From an uncultured Planctomycetia bacterium (GTDB lineage Bacteria > Omnitrophota > Gorgyraeia > Tantalellales > Tantalellaceae), in NCBI GenBank assembly GCA_964527765.1, contig CAZGQR010000007.1, forward strand, positions 38,100-100,295: a stretch of DNA of 62,196 bases, in the 5' to 3' direction. The position numbers and the translations under genes were made by a program. Positions 37,916-46,608 of this stretch are shown in pieces. The notes under the pieces are model-generated. The model was not told the DNA's origin, did no database searches, and saw only the letters and a program-made list of their open reading frames with translations. The first letter of the stretch is position 1. Each line of letters opens with the position of its first letter.

Positions 37916-38095
37916 TTATCCTCTTACAGCAGTGGTGGCCGTCGGGGTGGGCGTTGACGTCTGACCCCGGGTCTTTATCGTATTTATCACAGCGGCCTTT
38001 ACTTTCTGGTACGTATCCGCCTTGGCGCACGGCGCAGCTGCAAGGATAGAACATATCATGGCCAAAAGTATAATAACGGAAGCAAGCTTTCTCAT
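37916..38095 (-). CDS. small secreted protein (59 aa)
   Basis: Minus-strand AAGGAGG 5 nt before the ATG. Encodes MRKLASVIILLAMICSILAAAPCAKA... One codon below the track cutoff. Confidence 0.45.
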   Translation of the reverse strand: MRKLASVIILLAMICSILAAAPCAKADTYQKVKAAVINTIKTRGQTSTPTPTATTAVRG

Positions 38096-38204
38096 TACAA
38101 CCTCCTTGTTTAATCAGATCAATTATATCATATTTTTAAAATATATTGAGATATATTCTTTTGTGCGTTAAAATAGAACTGCTTATTTTAAAAAGGGGGT
38201 GTGT

Positions 38205-38585
38205 ATGGTCAGCGGGTTTTTAAGAACTGGAAAAAAGTATCTGGGTTTTTCGGTACTTTTCTTTTTCATTGCTCTATGTTTTTCGGGAAGTGCCGCGCTC
38301 GCTAAAACTTCCGACACCGTGAAAGACGGAGTCGGGGGAGGATTGGTCGGCGGGCTTGCAGGATCGCTGTTCGGATACGCCGGGGCAGGTGCCCTTATAG
38401 GCGGCGGTGTCGGTTTAGCTGCCGGAGCGCTCAGCGATTCCGAAAAGGACCAGGCAGAACAAAAACATCAGGAGGAATTAAAAGAAGCGTATCAGCAAGG
38501 GCTTAAAGACGGCGGCAGCGTGCATTACAAAGAAGGTTCCGATCGCAGCCACATCGACAGTTTCGGTGATAAATTAAAGAAGTGA
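38205..38585 (+). CDS. secreted glycine-zipper protein
   Basis: ATG 38205 after AAGGGGG. GGGLVGGLAGSLFGYAGAGALIGGGVGLAAGA. The C-terminus resembles that of 35672..36127 (YQQGLKDG). Confidence 0.6.
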   Translation: MVSGFLRTGKKYLGFSVLFFFIALCFSGSAALAKTSDTVKDGVGGGLVGGLAGSLFGYAGAGALIGGGVGLAAGALSDSEKDQAEQKHQEELKEAYQQGLKDGGSVHYKEGSDRSHIDSFGDKLKK

Positions 38586-38612
38586 TATACCTAAATATCC
38601 GGAGGAAATAAA

Positions 38613-39128
38613 ATGAAAAAAATAGCTATTGCGGCATTATCGATAGTATTTGTGATTTCGATGGCGGTAGCCCCTTCAGGCGCCCAGGGGATCCAGAGAA
38701 TAATCTATATGGAGGAATACGAGCCCATCTATTCAGTGGATATCGACAACAGGATCTGGGATATCGAGATCGATGACGGGGATATAACGGGTGTTTCAGA
38801 AGATGGGATGATGTGGTTCTTTCTCGGTGATGTAAAAGGCGCGAAAGACCTCAAGGAAGCGGCGAACGAAATAAACGAAGAGATCAAAAAGGATTTTACG
38901 AATATCAAGGTTACGCAAACCCTTGATGATTTTACGATCAACGCGCTGCCCGCATATTCGTACCAGGCTACTGCCAAGGCAAACGGGAAAGATGTCGTTT
39001 ACTTCGTGGTGCTGTTCCAGGTCGAGACTAATGAGATAGGAGTACTTCTTTTCGTTATGGATCCCTTAGCGGAAAAACTGCATTTCCATAAGATCATGAA
39101 GATGACGTTGTCTGTCGCCCGCCGTTGA
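38613..39128 (+). CDS. secreted hypothetical protein
   Basis: RBS GGAGGAAA and signal peptide ...APSGAQG. Confidence 0.6.
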   Translation: MKKIAIAALSIVFVISMAVAPSGAQGIQRIIYMEEYEPIYSVDIDNRIWDIEIDDGDITGVSEDGMMWFFLGDVKGAKDLKEAANEINEEIKKDFTNIKVTQTLDDFTINALPAYSYQATAKANGKDVVYFVVLFQVETNEIGVLLFVMDPLAEKLHFHKIMKMTLSVARR

Positions 39129-39203
39129 TAGAAGCACTCCGTACCTGAAAACTTAAGCGGGCTTCAAAAGAAAAAATGAACCTAAGTCACAGAGGGAGAT
39201 TTC

Positions 39204-40631
39204 ATGCAAAAAATTAACCGATCCGGCTTGATCATATTCTTTTGCACTTTCAGTTTTTTGCTGATATTAACAGCTGATGTCTCGTTTTCACAGGATACCA
39301 AGACCGTTGATACTAAAACTGCAGCTGTTAACAACAAGGAAGAAATAGAGGCCCTTGAAAAGAAGGAAGACAAGACCAAAGAAGAGATAAAACAGAAGGA
39401 AGAAGCCATAGAGAAGATCCAGCAGGAAGCAAAGAAAGTAAGTGAAGAGAAATTAAAAGCCGAACAAGAAGCGCTGCTAAAACAGCAGGAAGCTGACCTG
39501 GTGAAAGAAAAGGCGGAAGCCGTTAAAAAAGAGGCTGAAGCAAAACAGGACCAGAAACTTTTAGAAGAGGCCAAAAAGCTTGAAAAGGAAGCTCAGGTGA
39601 TAGAAGAAGCGGCGGACGTCGAGAGGGAAGAGCTCAAAATGGTAGAGCTCCAGGAACGGCTCGCCATACAGAAGCTTGATGCAAACCAGAAAAAGATAGA
39701 AGAGCTTAAAGAAGCCATACTAAGCATTAAGAGAGAAAAATCCCTTAAAAGGAGTCTAATAGAAAAACTAGGCGTTTCCGGCGCAAGTATTTTAATAGGG
39801 GTAGTGCTTTTCTTCTTATTGAATTTCGGAGTCAGTAAATTTGAAAAGATCTTCGTAAAAACAGACGAGATCCGGGAAGATGAACTCTCCTTAAGAATAA
39901 AAACTATAACCAAACTTCTTCATTGGCTTGGGGGTTTTATTATTTTTGGTATTGTTACTTTTATGATCCTCGAAACTTTCGGCTTCAGCCTGGGGCCGCT
40001 CCTTGCAGGGGCAGGAATAATAGGACTGGCTTTCGGTTTCGGGGGCCAATACTTGATAAGGGATCTCATCAACGGGATCTTTATCCTCATAGAAGGGCAA
40101 TACAGGGTAAACGACGTGGTAAAGATAAATGATATGGGCGGGCTGGTAGAGGATATAAACTTGAGGATAACGACTTTAAGGGACCTGGCCGGGCGGGTTA
40201 TTATCATTCCGAATGGGGAGATCAAAGCGGTGATCAATTATACCAGAGGATACGCACAAGCACTGCTTGATGTGGGAGTTGCATATAAAGAAAATGTTGA
40301 TAAGGTGATGGAGGTCATTAAACAGGTGGGCGAGGAAATGAGAGGTGATCCATATTTTGGAAAACTGATAATAGCCGATCTGGAGATGTTCGGCGTTGAC
40401 GATTTTTCGGATTCGGCCGTTGTGATAAAATTCAGGATAAAAACAAGACCTATAAAACAATGGGAAGTTTCCAGGGAGTTCAAGCGGCGCCTGAAGAACA
40501 GGTTTGATGAGCTCGGCATAGAGATACCGTTCCCGCACAGAACCGTTTATTGGGGGACGGACAAGGAAAACCAATGGCCGAAAGAGTACATGAAAGAACT
40601 TGTTGATCAATATAAGCAACATAAAAAGTAA
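39204..40631 (+). CDS. MscS-family mechanosensitive channel with long N-terminal Glu/Lys coiled coil
   Basis: GGQYLIRDLINGIFILIEGQYRVNDVVKI...GLVEDINLRITTLRDLAGRVIIIPNGEI. Confidence 0.85.
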   Translation: MQKINRSGLIIFFCTFSFLLILTADVSFSQDTKTVDTKTAAVNNKEEIEALEKKEDKTKEEIKQKEEAIEKIQQEAKKVSEEKLKAEQEALLKQQEADLVKEKAEAVKKEAEAKQDQKLLEEAKKLEKEAQVIEEAADVEREELKMVELQERLAIQKLDANQKKIEELKEAILSIKREKSLKRSLIEKLGVSGASILIGVVLFFLLNFGVSKFEKIFVKTDEIREDELSLRIKTITKLLHWLGGFIIFGIVTFMILETFGFSLGPLLAGAGIIGLAFGFGGQYLIRDLINGIFILIEGQYRVNDVVKINDMGGLVEDINLRITTLRDLAGRVIIIPNGEIKAVINYTRGYAQALLDVGVAYKENVDKVMEVIKQVGEEMRGDPYFGKLIIADLEMFGVDDFSDSAVVIKFRIKTRPIKQWEVSREFKRRLKNRFDELGIEIPFPHRTVYWGTDKENQWPKEYMKELVDQYKQHKK

Positions 40632-40657
40632 TACCGTAAGGCGCCGAGATCGGCTCC

Positions 40658-41413
40658 TTAAAGCTGGTGTTCGGTAACATTCCTCAGGTCTAAAAGGATG
40701 CTGGAAGGTTCACCGGAAGGGACTTTGAAAATATCCAGGTTAGCCAGAAGATGCACGGGCTTCTGGTCCTTTGTCGATCTTTTGACTATATAAAAAGTCT
40801 TATGGGTAACGGATAGGTCCGCCAGATCGTTCCTGTCAATGGAGACCGAAAAGTCGCGAAAGATATAATCAAGCAGGTTTATGTCTTTTTCTTGCGGGAT
40901 ATCAAGGCAATCGCGCGCGGAACTGTTGATCTCCTCGATCAGCCAGTCAGGGGAACAGATAATGACCCCGTCTACCGTTTCTTTTACAAGCGTATCCAGT
41001 TCTTCTTTCTCGCGAAGCTCTGTCCGGTAATAGCTTAAGTTGAGAGAAGTCCTGACCCTCGCTAAAACTTCATCAATGTCGAAAGGCTTTGTGATGAAAT
41101 CATCGGCGCCGGCTTCTATGCCCTTTATCCTGTACTCTTTCTCCTGATGACCCGTTATTATTATGATCGGGATCACCCGGGTCTTTTCATCCTGGCGCAT
41201 CCTTCTGGTCACCCATATCCCGTCCACGCCGGGCAGCGTTATATCAAGGATCACCAGGTCAAGGGATTCGGTCGCGACTATTTCCAGGGCATCCTCGCCG
41301 GAATGGGCCTTTATGACCTCATATCCCTTTTTGACAAGGAGCTTTTCCAGGAGAGCCACGACCTCATGGTCATCATCAACGACTAAGATCCTGGATTTCT
41401 TGTTTTTGTCCAT
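40658..41413 (-). CDS. response regulator (receiver domain) with uncharacterised C-terminal domain
   Basis: RILVVDDDHEV...LDLVILDITLPGVDG...PIIIITG...DFITKPF. Confidence 0.85.
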   Translation of the reverse strand: MDKNKKSRILVVDDDHEVVALLEKLLVKKGYEVIKAHSGEDALEIVATESLDLVILDITLPGVDGIWVTRRMRQDEKTRVIPIIIITGHQEKEYRIKGIEAGADDFITKPFDIDEVLARVRTSLNLSYYRTELREKEELDTLVKETVDGVIICSPDWLIEEINSSARDCLDIPQEKDINLLDYIFRDFSVSIDRNDLADLSVTHKTFYIVKRSTKDQKPVHLLANLDIFKVPSGEPSSILLDLRNVTEHQL

Positions 41414-41659
41414 CGGTAAAAGTGAAAAACCGTATTGTCAAAAAAGTGATCTGCTGCTTTATAAGGTTATGATACATCACCGGAACCCAAAACTCAAGAG
41501 GGGAGTATAGGATATTACACCGGGTCCACGCCATGATTTGCGGCCCTTCAAAGTGCCCCGTGATCCAATTATGGAATTTCTTGCCAAATCGTTTATTTGC
41601 CGTTAATATAATAATACTGTTTCATTGCGCCTGATCTGTGGCTGCGGAAAAGAGGTTTT

Positions 41660-42898
41660 TTGAACAGGAAGATACCGTTTACCCTTATCGTATCGATCGT
41701 GTTCCTGATCACGGGGAACCTTGTGGGCGCCGGGACCCTTGGTCTGCCCACGAAGACCGGCCTGGCCGGATTTCTCCCCGCGGCAACAGGGCTTTTCGTG
41801 ATGGGCGCGGCGATGTTCCTTACCGCGATGGTCCTTACGCGTGAAGTAACAAGGAAAGGGGACACGATATTCAATTATCCCAGCTTTTACCACATACATC
41901 TGGGGCTGGTGGGGAAATGGGTCGCCATCCTGACGAACCTTCTTATCCTGTACGGTCTTCTGACCGTTTACCTGTCCGGAGCAGCTACAATAATCACCAA
42001 TCTTTTACACCCCAAAATATCCAATGCCATGATAATGACAATATTCTTCGTGATCATAACCACCATTAATCTCACGGGGATGAACATAGTCGAGAAATAT
42101 AATTCGCTGCTGGTCATCCTGATGCTGGGAGTGTTCCTTGCCATGTTCGGGATGGCAGAGGCCCATGTCGATGTCAAACGCTTTGCTTTCGCGGACTGGA
42201 AATTCCTGCCCGCCACGATACCCATAATCCTGACCACTTACAATTTTCATACGATCATACCCATTGTCTGCGAGACGCTCGACTGGAGGGAACGCCTTGT
42301 AAGGAGGGTCATCCTTTCGGCCATGATCATAGGTTTCCTGTTAAGCGTGCTGTGGGTCCAGGTCAGCATCGGGGCGCTGCCTTTAGGCGGTTCCGATAAT
42401 AGTATCGCGACCGCTTTCAACAACAACCTGCCCGCGACGGTGCCTTTAGCGCAGACGCTGAACGCGCCTATTTTTATCACGTTCGCGATGCTTTTCGCTC
42501 TTTTCGCGATAGCCACGTCCTACATCGCCAATGGGACCGGACTCATGGCTTTCGTGAAAGACCTCTCGGTAAATCACCTGAAACTGTGCAAGACGCCCAA
42601 CAACTTTTTGATAGGGGTCCTTTCGTTCGGCCCGCCTTTCATAATAGCTCTTGCATGTCCGAACCTTTTTATGTCGGTCCTGGACCTGGTAGGCGGGTTC
42701 GGGGTCGTGATACTGTTCGGCCTGATGCCGAGCATTATACTGGTCATGCGCGCGGCCACTCCGTTAAAACGCCTGCTGGGCATCGCTCTCGTTATCCTGT
42801 TTCTTTTCTGTCTGGCTCTTGAGATGTGCCAGGAACTGGGCGTCCTCCCGATCAAGCCCGACGTCGAATACTGGAAATATAATTTCGTACACCGATAG
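41660..42898 (+). CDS. aromatic amino acid (Trp/Tyr) permease family transporter
   Basis: TTG start after GGAAAAGAGG. ITGNLVGAGTLGLPTKTGLAGF. About 11 TM segments. Confidence 0.7.
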   Translation: MNRKIPFTLIVSIVFLITGNLVGAGTLGLPTKTGLAGFLPAATGLFVMGAAMFLTAMVLTREVTRKGDTIFNYPSFYHIHLGLVGKWVAILTNLLILYGLLTVYLSGAATIITNLLHPKISNAMIMTIFFVIITTINLTGMNIVEKYNSLLVILMLGVFLAMFGMAEAHVDVKRFAFADWKFLPATIPIILTTYNFHTIIPIVCETLDWRERLVRRVILSAMIIGFLLSVLWVQVSIGALPLGGSDNSIATAFNNNLPATVPLAQTLNAPIFITFAMLFALFAIATSYIANGTGLMAFVKDLSVNHLKLCKTPNNFLIGVLSFGPPFIIALACPNLFMSVLDLVGGFGVVILFGLMPSIILVMRAATPLKRLLGIALVILFLFCLALEMCQELGVLPIKPDVEYWKYNFVHR

Positions 42899-43000
42899 AG
42901 AGAGATGCAATACCGTTTTTAAAAATAAAGCTAAAGCCGTGCCCGATCTTACAGGAAAGGGCCTTCCTTTCCGCCATTATTTATATATTTCACTTTTCTG

Positions 43001-43028
43001 TTGACTAATACATAAATTAGTCTATACT
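43001..43028 (+). promoter_or_regulatory. sigma70-type promoter of the cold-shock gene with long 5' UTR
   Basis: TTGACT (43001-43006), 16-nt spacer, TATACT (43023-43028). About 120-nt leader. Confidence 0.55.
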
Positions 43029-43150
43029 ATTATATGTAAGTAGTAGACAGGAGTTGCAGTTTAAACCACGAGGTTAGAAACATGCACCTTGTGGTTTTTT
43101 TTGACTGCGGCATCTACTACGATTTTTGGTTTAAAAAAGGAGAAAAAGTA

Positions 43151-43354
43151 ATGGCAACAGGAACAGTAAAATGGTTTAATGACTCAAAAGGTTATGGGTT
43201 CATTACGCCGGATGATGGAAGCAAGGACTGCTTTGTTCACCACAATGCGATCCAGGGCGAAGGCTTCAAATCTTTAAGCGAAGGACAAAAAGTCCAGTTT
43301 GACATCGAAGAGGGCGCCAAAGGTCCTCAGGCTGCAAACGTAGTAAAGATATAA
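43151..43354 (+). CDS. csp: cold-shock protein (CspA family)
   Basis: [35 protein letters not shown]... carries the RNP1/RNP2 motifs. RBS AAAGGAGAAAAAG. Confidence 0.95.
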   Translation: MATGTVKWFNDSKGYGFITPDDGSKDCFVHHNAIQGEGFKSLSEGQKVQFDIEEGAKGPQAANVVKI

Positions 43355-43370
43355 CATAGCCCGCAAAATA

Positions 43371-43404
43371 AGGCCCGGCAAGAGATTGCCGGGCCTTTTC
43401 TTTC
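43371..43404 (+). terminator. rho-independent terminator
   Basis: AGGCCCGGCA (43371-43380) pairs with TGCCGGGCCT (43387-43396), followed by TTTTCTTTC. Confidence 0.8.
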
Positions 43405-43682
43405 AGTTCTTCGAGCTGACCATAAAAAAGCTTACAGGCGGCTTTTAGCATAATAACTTAAAACTGCCCGTATAGCCCAGCCCGTTCGAGATCAAAATAT
43501 ATATAAATATTTTTTCGACAATTTTAAACAATTTGAGCATATATATATGGAAGATGGGCGGTAGATTCGGCAGGTTTTCCTGTCAGCTAATGTTATTGGT
43601 GTAGGTGGTTTTTAGGGGGATCGCGTAAGGTTTGCCCGTGATCTTCTTGCTAATTCATGGCACAATACCTTATAATACCCAT

Positions 43683-43892
43683 ATGAAAAACTCTGATTTC
43701 AATAAAGAGTATGAAACGCTTAAAAGAAAATTCTCTATTCCCGACGGGGATAATTTAAAACAAATGCTCGCGACCGAAGAAGGGAAAAAAAGATATTCAG
43801 ATAGGGTAAAAAAGTGGGATAGCTTTAAAAAGAAGTGGAACATTGTATTTTTCCTTAAAGATAAACCCATTTTTAGAAAAAAATCACAATAG
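43683..43892 (+). CDS. small Lys-rich hypothetical protein, possibly leaderless
   Basis: TTGCTA, 18-nt spacer, TATAAT (43671-43676), with the ATG only 6 nt downstream. AT-rich. Confidence 0.35.
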   Translation: MKNSDFNKEYETLKRKFSIPDGDNLKQMLATEEGKKRYSDRVKKWDSFKKKWNIVFFLKDKPIFRKKSQ

Positions 43893-43961
43893 GAAAAAAG
43901 AGATCGGGAATACCCGGATTATGGGGGATATTTCTGGCGGCGGGACAGGAGGCACCGTACA

Positions 43962-44615
43962 ATGAGTGAGAGGAAGACAAAGGCGATAAAGAACATTGAA
44001 CAAAAGATGGAAGAGATGACCCCTGACAGTTTAAGATACAAGGTCCTTGAGAGCGCGAAGGATTTCAAGACGTCATGGATAGATCTGGGGCAGATCCTTT
44101 ACACGGTCTGGAAGGACAAGCTGTATAAAGATTGGGGATATAGTGAATTTGACGCGTTCACGTCAAAAGAGATAGGCATACAGAGGCAGACGGCCCTTAA
44201 ACTGCTCAGGTCGTATTCTTTCCTGGAGAGTTCAGAGCCCAGGTATCTGAAGAAGGATTATGTAGAAGGCGCTGCTGCCACGCAGGTGCCGACCTATGAA
44301 GCAGTGGATGTTTTGAGGCGCGCCAGTAATAACAAGGATATTGGGGAACGGGACTACTCGAAGATAAAGAAATATGTCCTTGAAGACGGAAAGGGCGCCC
44401 GGGACGTACAGAAAGATCTTACGAAAATTATCAGAGACAATGAACAGCTCGAGCCGGAAGAAAAGCATCAGAAGAAGAGGATCACGCGTCTGAGGCGCTT
44501 TTTAAGCCTCCTAAGGTCAATAAAAGTGGAGATCCAAAGCTCAAACGATCTGCCGGCAAAGATATCACTTCAGGCGGATAAGTTGATCGGGATGATCGAG
44601 GAGGAAGTGGGTTAG
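43962..44615 (+). CDS. hypothetical protein, possible DNA-binding
   Basis: RBS GGAGG. WIDLGQILYTVWKDKLYKDWGYSEFDAFTSKEIGIQRQTALKLLRSY is helix-turn-helix-like. No family was confidently recognised. Confidence 0.55.
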   Translation: MSERKTKAIKNIEQKMEEMTPDSLRYKVLESAKDFKTSWIDLGQILYTVWKDKLYKDWGYSEFDAFTSKEIGIQRQTALKLLRSYSFLESSEPRYLKKDYVEGAAATQVPTYEAVDVLRRASNNKDIGERDYSKIKKYVLEDGKGARDVQKDLTKIIRDNEQLEPEEKHQKKRITRLRRFLSLLRSIKVEIQSSNDLPAKISLQADKLIGMIEEEVG

Positions 44616-44646
44616 TAGATCCGGAGACACAAGAAAAGGAGGAAAT

Positions 44647-44841
44647 ATGGCTAATCTTATGGAAAGGGTAAAGAAATTCTCAGCTCCGATGTTTATTGTT
44701 TTTGTGCTTTCAAAGGTACTGGTTGGTATAGGCCTGGGGGTTTTGCTTGTTCAGTATCTTGCTCCGTACGGCTGGGCGATCCTTATAACAGGTGTGGTTA
44801 TATCATTTATCTGCATTCTCCTTGCTTTAAAGCAAGCGTAA
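44647..44841 (+). CDS. small two-TM membrane protein
   Basis: RBS AAAGGAGGAAA. Two hydrophobic helices. Confidence 0.5.
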   Translation: MANLMERVKKFSAPMFIVFVLSKVLVGIGLGVLLVQYLAPYGWAILITGVVISFICILLALKQA

Positions 44842-44864
44842 GGGCTTGCGGTGTGTCACCTTTA

Positions 44865-44889
44865 AACCGGTCGCAAATTGTGACCGGTT
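44865..44889. repeat. orphan ORF6N-type palindrome (AACCGGTCGCAA-A-TTGTGACCGGTT)
   Basis: 12-bp arms with one G-T pair. Lies between the stop of 44647..44841 and the stop of ORF6N copy 1. Related to the intragenic palindrome at 52653-52677. Confidence 0.75.
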
Positions 44890-44897
44890 CAGGACAA

Positions 44898-45434
44898 TTA
44901 ATCATGCTGAAAACCAATTCTGCGCTTTGGTTTTTCTGGCGGTGGCTCCATTAATCTACGAATTGCATCAAATATACTGCAAATCTCTTCATCATGTTCT
45001 TCGACTTTTCTTTCCAGTTCGCCTAGTTTATGCATCAGCTCCTTATGGGCAGAAATCATTTCCTTAAGCTTAACAAACACTCGCATAATAGCGATATTTA
45101 CCTGTATGGCTCGTTCACTATTCAATACACTGGAAAGCATCAGGATGCCATGTTCAGTAAATGCATATGGCAAATATCTCCTGCCCCCTCGTTTTGAGGT
45201 TTCAAATTGAAACCTCAAACTTTCGTCCTCTTTTTTGCTCAATTGGAACATAAAATCTTCAGGAAAACGACTCATGTTGCGCTTTACAGCCAGATTGAGG
45301 GACTTTGTCGGCACTCCATAGAGCTTTGCCAGGGTCCTATCCAACATCACTTTTTTGCCTCTGATCAGGAGTATTCTACTTTCGATAGTCTCCTGCGGAA
45401 CCAGACCTGCTGCCGAACTCTTCTTTTTAACCAT
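44898..45434 (-). CDS. ORF6N (KilA-N-like) domain DNA-binding protein, copy 1
   Basis: [46 protein letters not shown]...[34 protein letters not shown]...[20 protein letters not shown]. Confidence 0.85.
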   Translation of the reverse strand: MVKKKSSAAGLVPQETIESRILLIRGKKVMLDRTLAKLYGVPTKSLNLAVKRNMSRFPEDFMFQLSKKEDESLRFQFETSKRGGRRYLPYAFTEHGILMLSSVLNSERAIQVNIAIMRVFVKLKEMISAHKELMHKLGELERKVEEHDEEICSIFDAIRRLMEPPPEKPKRRIGFQHD

Positions 45435-45550
45435 AAAGACTCCTTACTTTTTACTTACATCAAAAACCCGGTCCTCCCGCGACCTGTTTATATAGACAAC
45501 TTTTTCACCTGAATTCTTTCAATCTTTTTCAGGGTGACCTTAAAAAGAGC

Positions 45551-46087
45551 TCATAGATCATGGCGAAACCCGATCCTGCGCTTCGGCTTTTCCGGAGGCG
45601 TTAATAACTGTTTTATGGCTTCAAAAACAACTTTGAATTGATGGTCATATTTTTTCTCCATATCCTCAATTTTTCGCTGCAGATCCGCATGCGTCAACAG
45701 CATTTTCCTTAGCCTGGTAAATACCCTCATGATCTGAATATTGACCAGTATGGCGCGCTCACTGTTTAGAACACTTGAAAGCATGGAAACACCTTGCTCC
45801 GTGAAAGCATAAGGCCTTCTTCTCAATCCCATTTTTTCTCGATTGGATATCACAATTTGTGATTTCCAATTTCCCACTTCTTCCTTAGTCAATTGAAACA
45901 TGAAATCCCCAGGGAAACGTGCTGTATTTCTTTTTACTGCCTGGTTTAATGTCCTTGTTTCTACGCCGTACAGCGCGGCCAAATCTCTATCAAGCATCAC
46001 CTTCTTCCCTCTAACCAAAAGTATTTTGCCTTCAATGGTTTCCTGCAGGACTAGGCCCGCCTCTGCCGATTTCTTCCTTTTTGCCAT
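45551..46087 (-). CDS. ORF6N domain DNA-binding protein, copy 2
   Basis: Same architecture as copy 1. Ends ...[21 protein letters not shown]. Confidence 0.85.
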   Translation of the reverse strand: MAKRKKSAEAGLVLQETIEGKILLVRGKKVMLDRDLAALYGVETRTLNQAVKRNTARFPGDFMFQLTKEEVGNWKSQIVISNREKMGLRRRPYAFTEQGVSMLSSVLNSERAILVNIQIMRVFTRLRKMLLTHADLQRKIEDMEKKYDHQFKVVFEAIKQLLTPPEKPKRRIGFRHDL

Positions 46088-46178
46088 GAAAACTCCTTGT
46101 CCTTTTGCGTAAAACCCGGTCCTCCCGCGACCTACCTATATAGACAACTTTTCCGCCTGAATTCTTTCAATTTTTTCA

Positions 46179-46290
46179 GGGTGGCACAAAAAGAGCATAA
46201 AACTGGCTGTCTAAGTTGGACGGTTCCAATATTAGCGAGCCCATCCGTCCAAAAATAGCATAAGTGGGCTTGCTGAGGAGGCTTGCTGGA
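46179..46290. repeat. junction motif GGTGGCACAAAAAGAGC plus conserved hairpin module (copy C)
   Basis: TTGGACGG (46216-46223) pairs with CCGTCCAA (46245-46252). AGCGAGCCCA and TGGGCTTGCT form a second complementarity. Homologous to 52223-52345 and 61309-61430. Confidence 0.8.
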
Positions 46291-46365
46291 TATTTGTGAC
46301 GCATAACTCTAATAAATACAACATATTACATCCCGTTAAGAATACAATACTCATCTCACTTTATG

Positions 46366-46394
46366 TTGACCTAACAAAGTGCAAATGCTATAAT
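46366..46394 (+). promoter_or_regulatory. sigma70-type promoter with extended -10 for giant ORF 2
   Basis: TTGACC (46366-46371), 17-nt spacer, TGcTATAAT (46386-46394). Confidence 0.6.
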
Positions 46395-46483
46395 AATTCA
46401 AGCTAGATAAAGGCAAACCTGTGGTGACATGGGGGCGCAAAATTAGGGGTCTAGAACTCAAAGGCATAAGTAATTTTAGACAG

Positions 46484-46521
46484 CCCGATTACCTGGAAAT
46501 GAGGTAATCGGGTTTTGTTTT
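46484..46521 (+). terminator. terminator-like hairpin inside the 5' leader of giant ORF 2 (candidate attenuator)
   Basis: CCCGATTACC (46484-46493) pairs with GGTAATCGGG (46503-46512), then TTTTGTTTT. Enclosed by AGGCATAA (46462-46469) and TTATGCCT (46520-46527). Confidence 0.5.
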
Positions 46522-46608
46522 ATGCCTGGGACACGAACTGATCATCTTTCCCCTAATAAGATGATTCAGTTCCCCAGGCAATAAAAAGAGAGAAGAAGCT
46601 AGAGAAAG

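Noticed and set aside
43455-43490. tRNA-like T-loop string (CCCGTTCGAGATC)
   Set aside because: No acceptor-stem, D-arm or anticodon-arm complementarity could be built around it.
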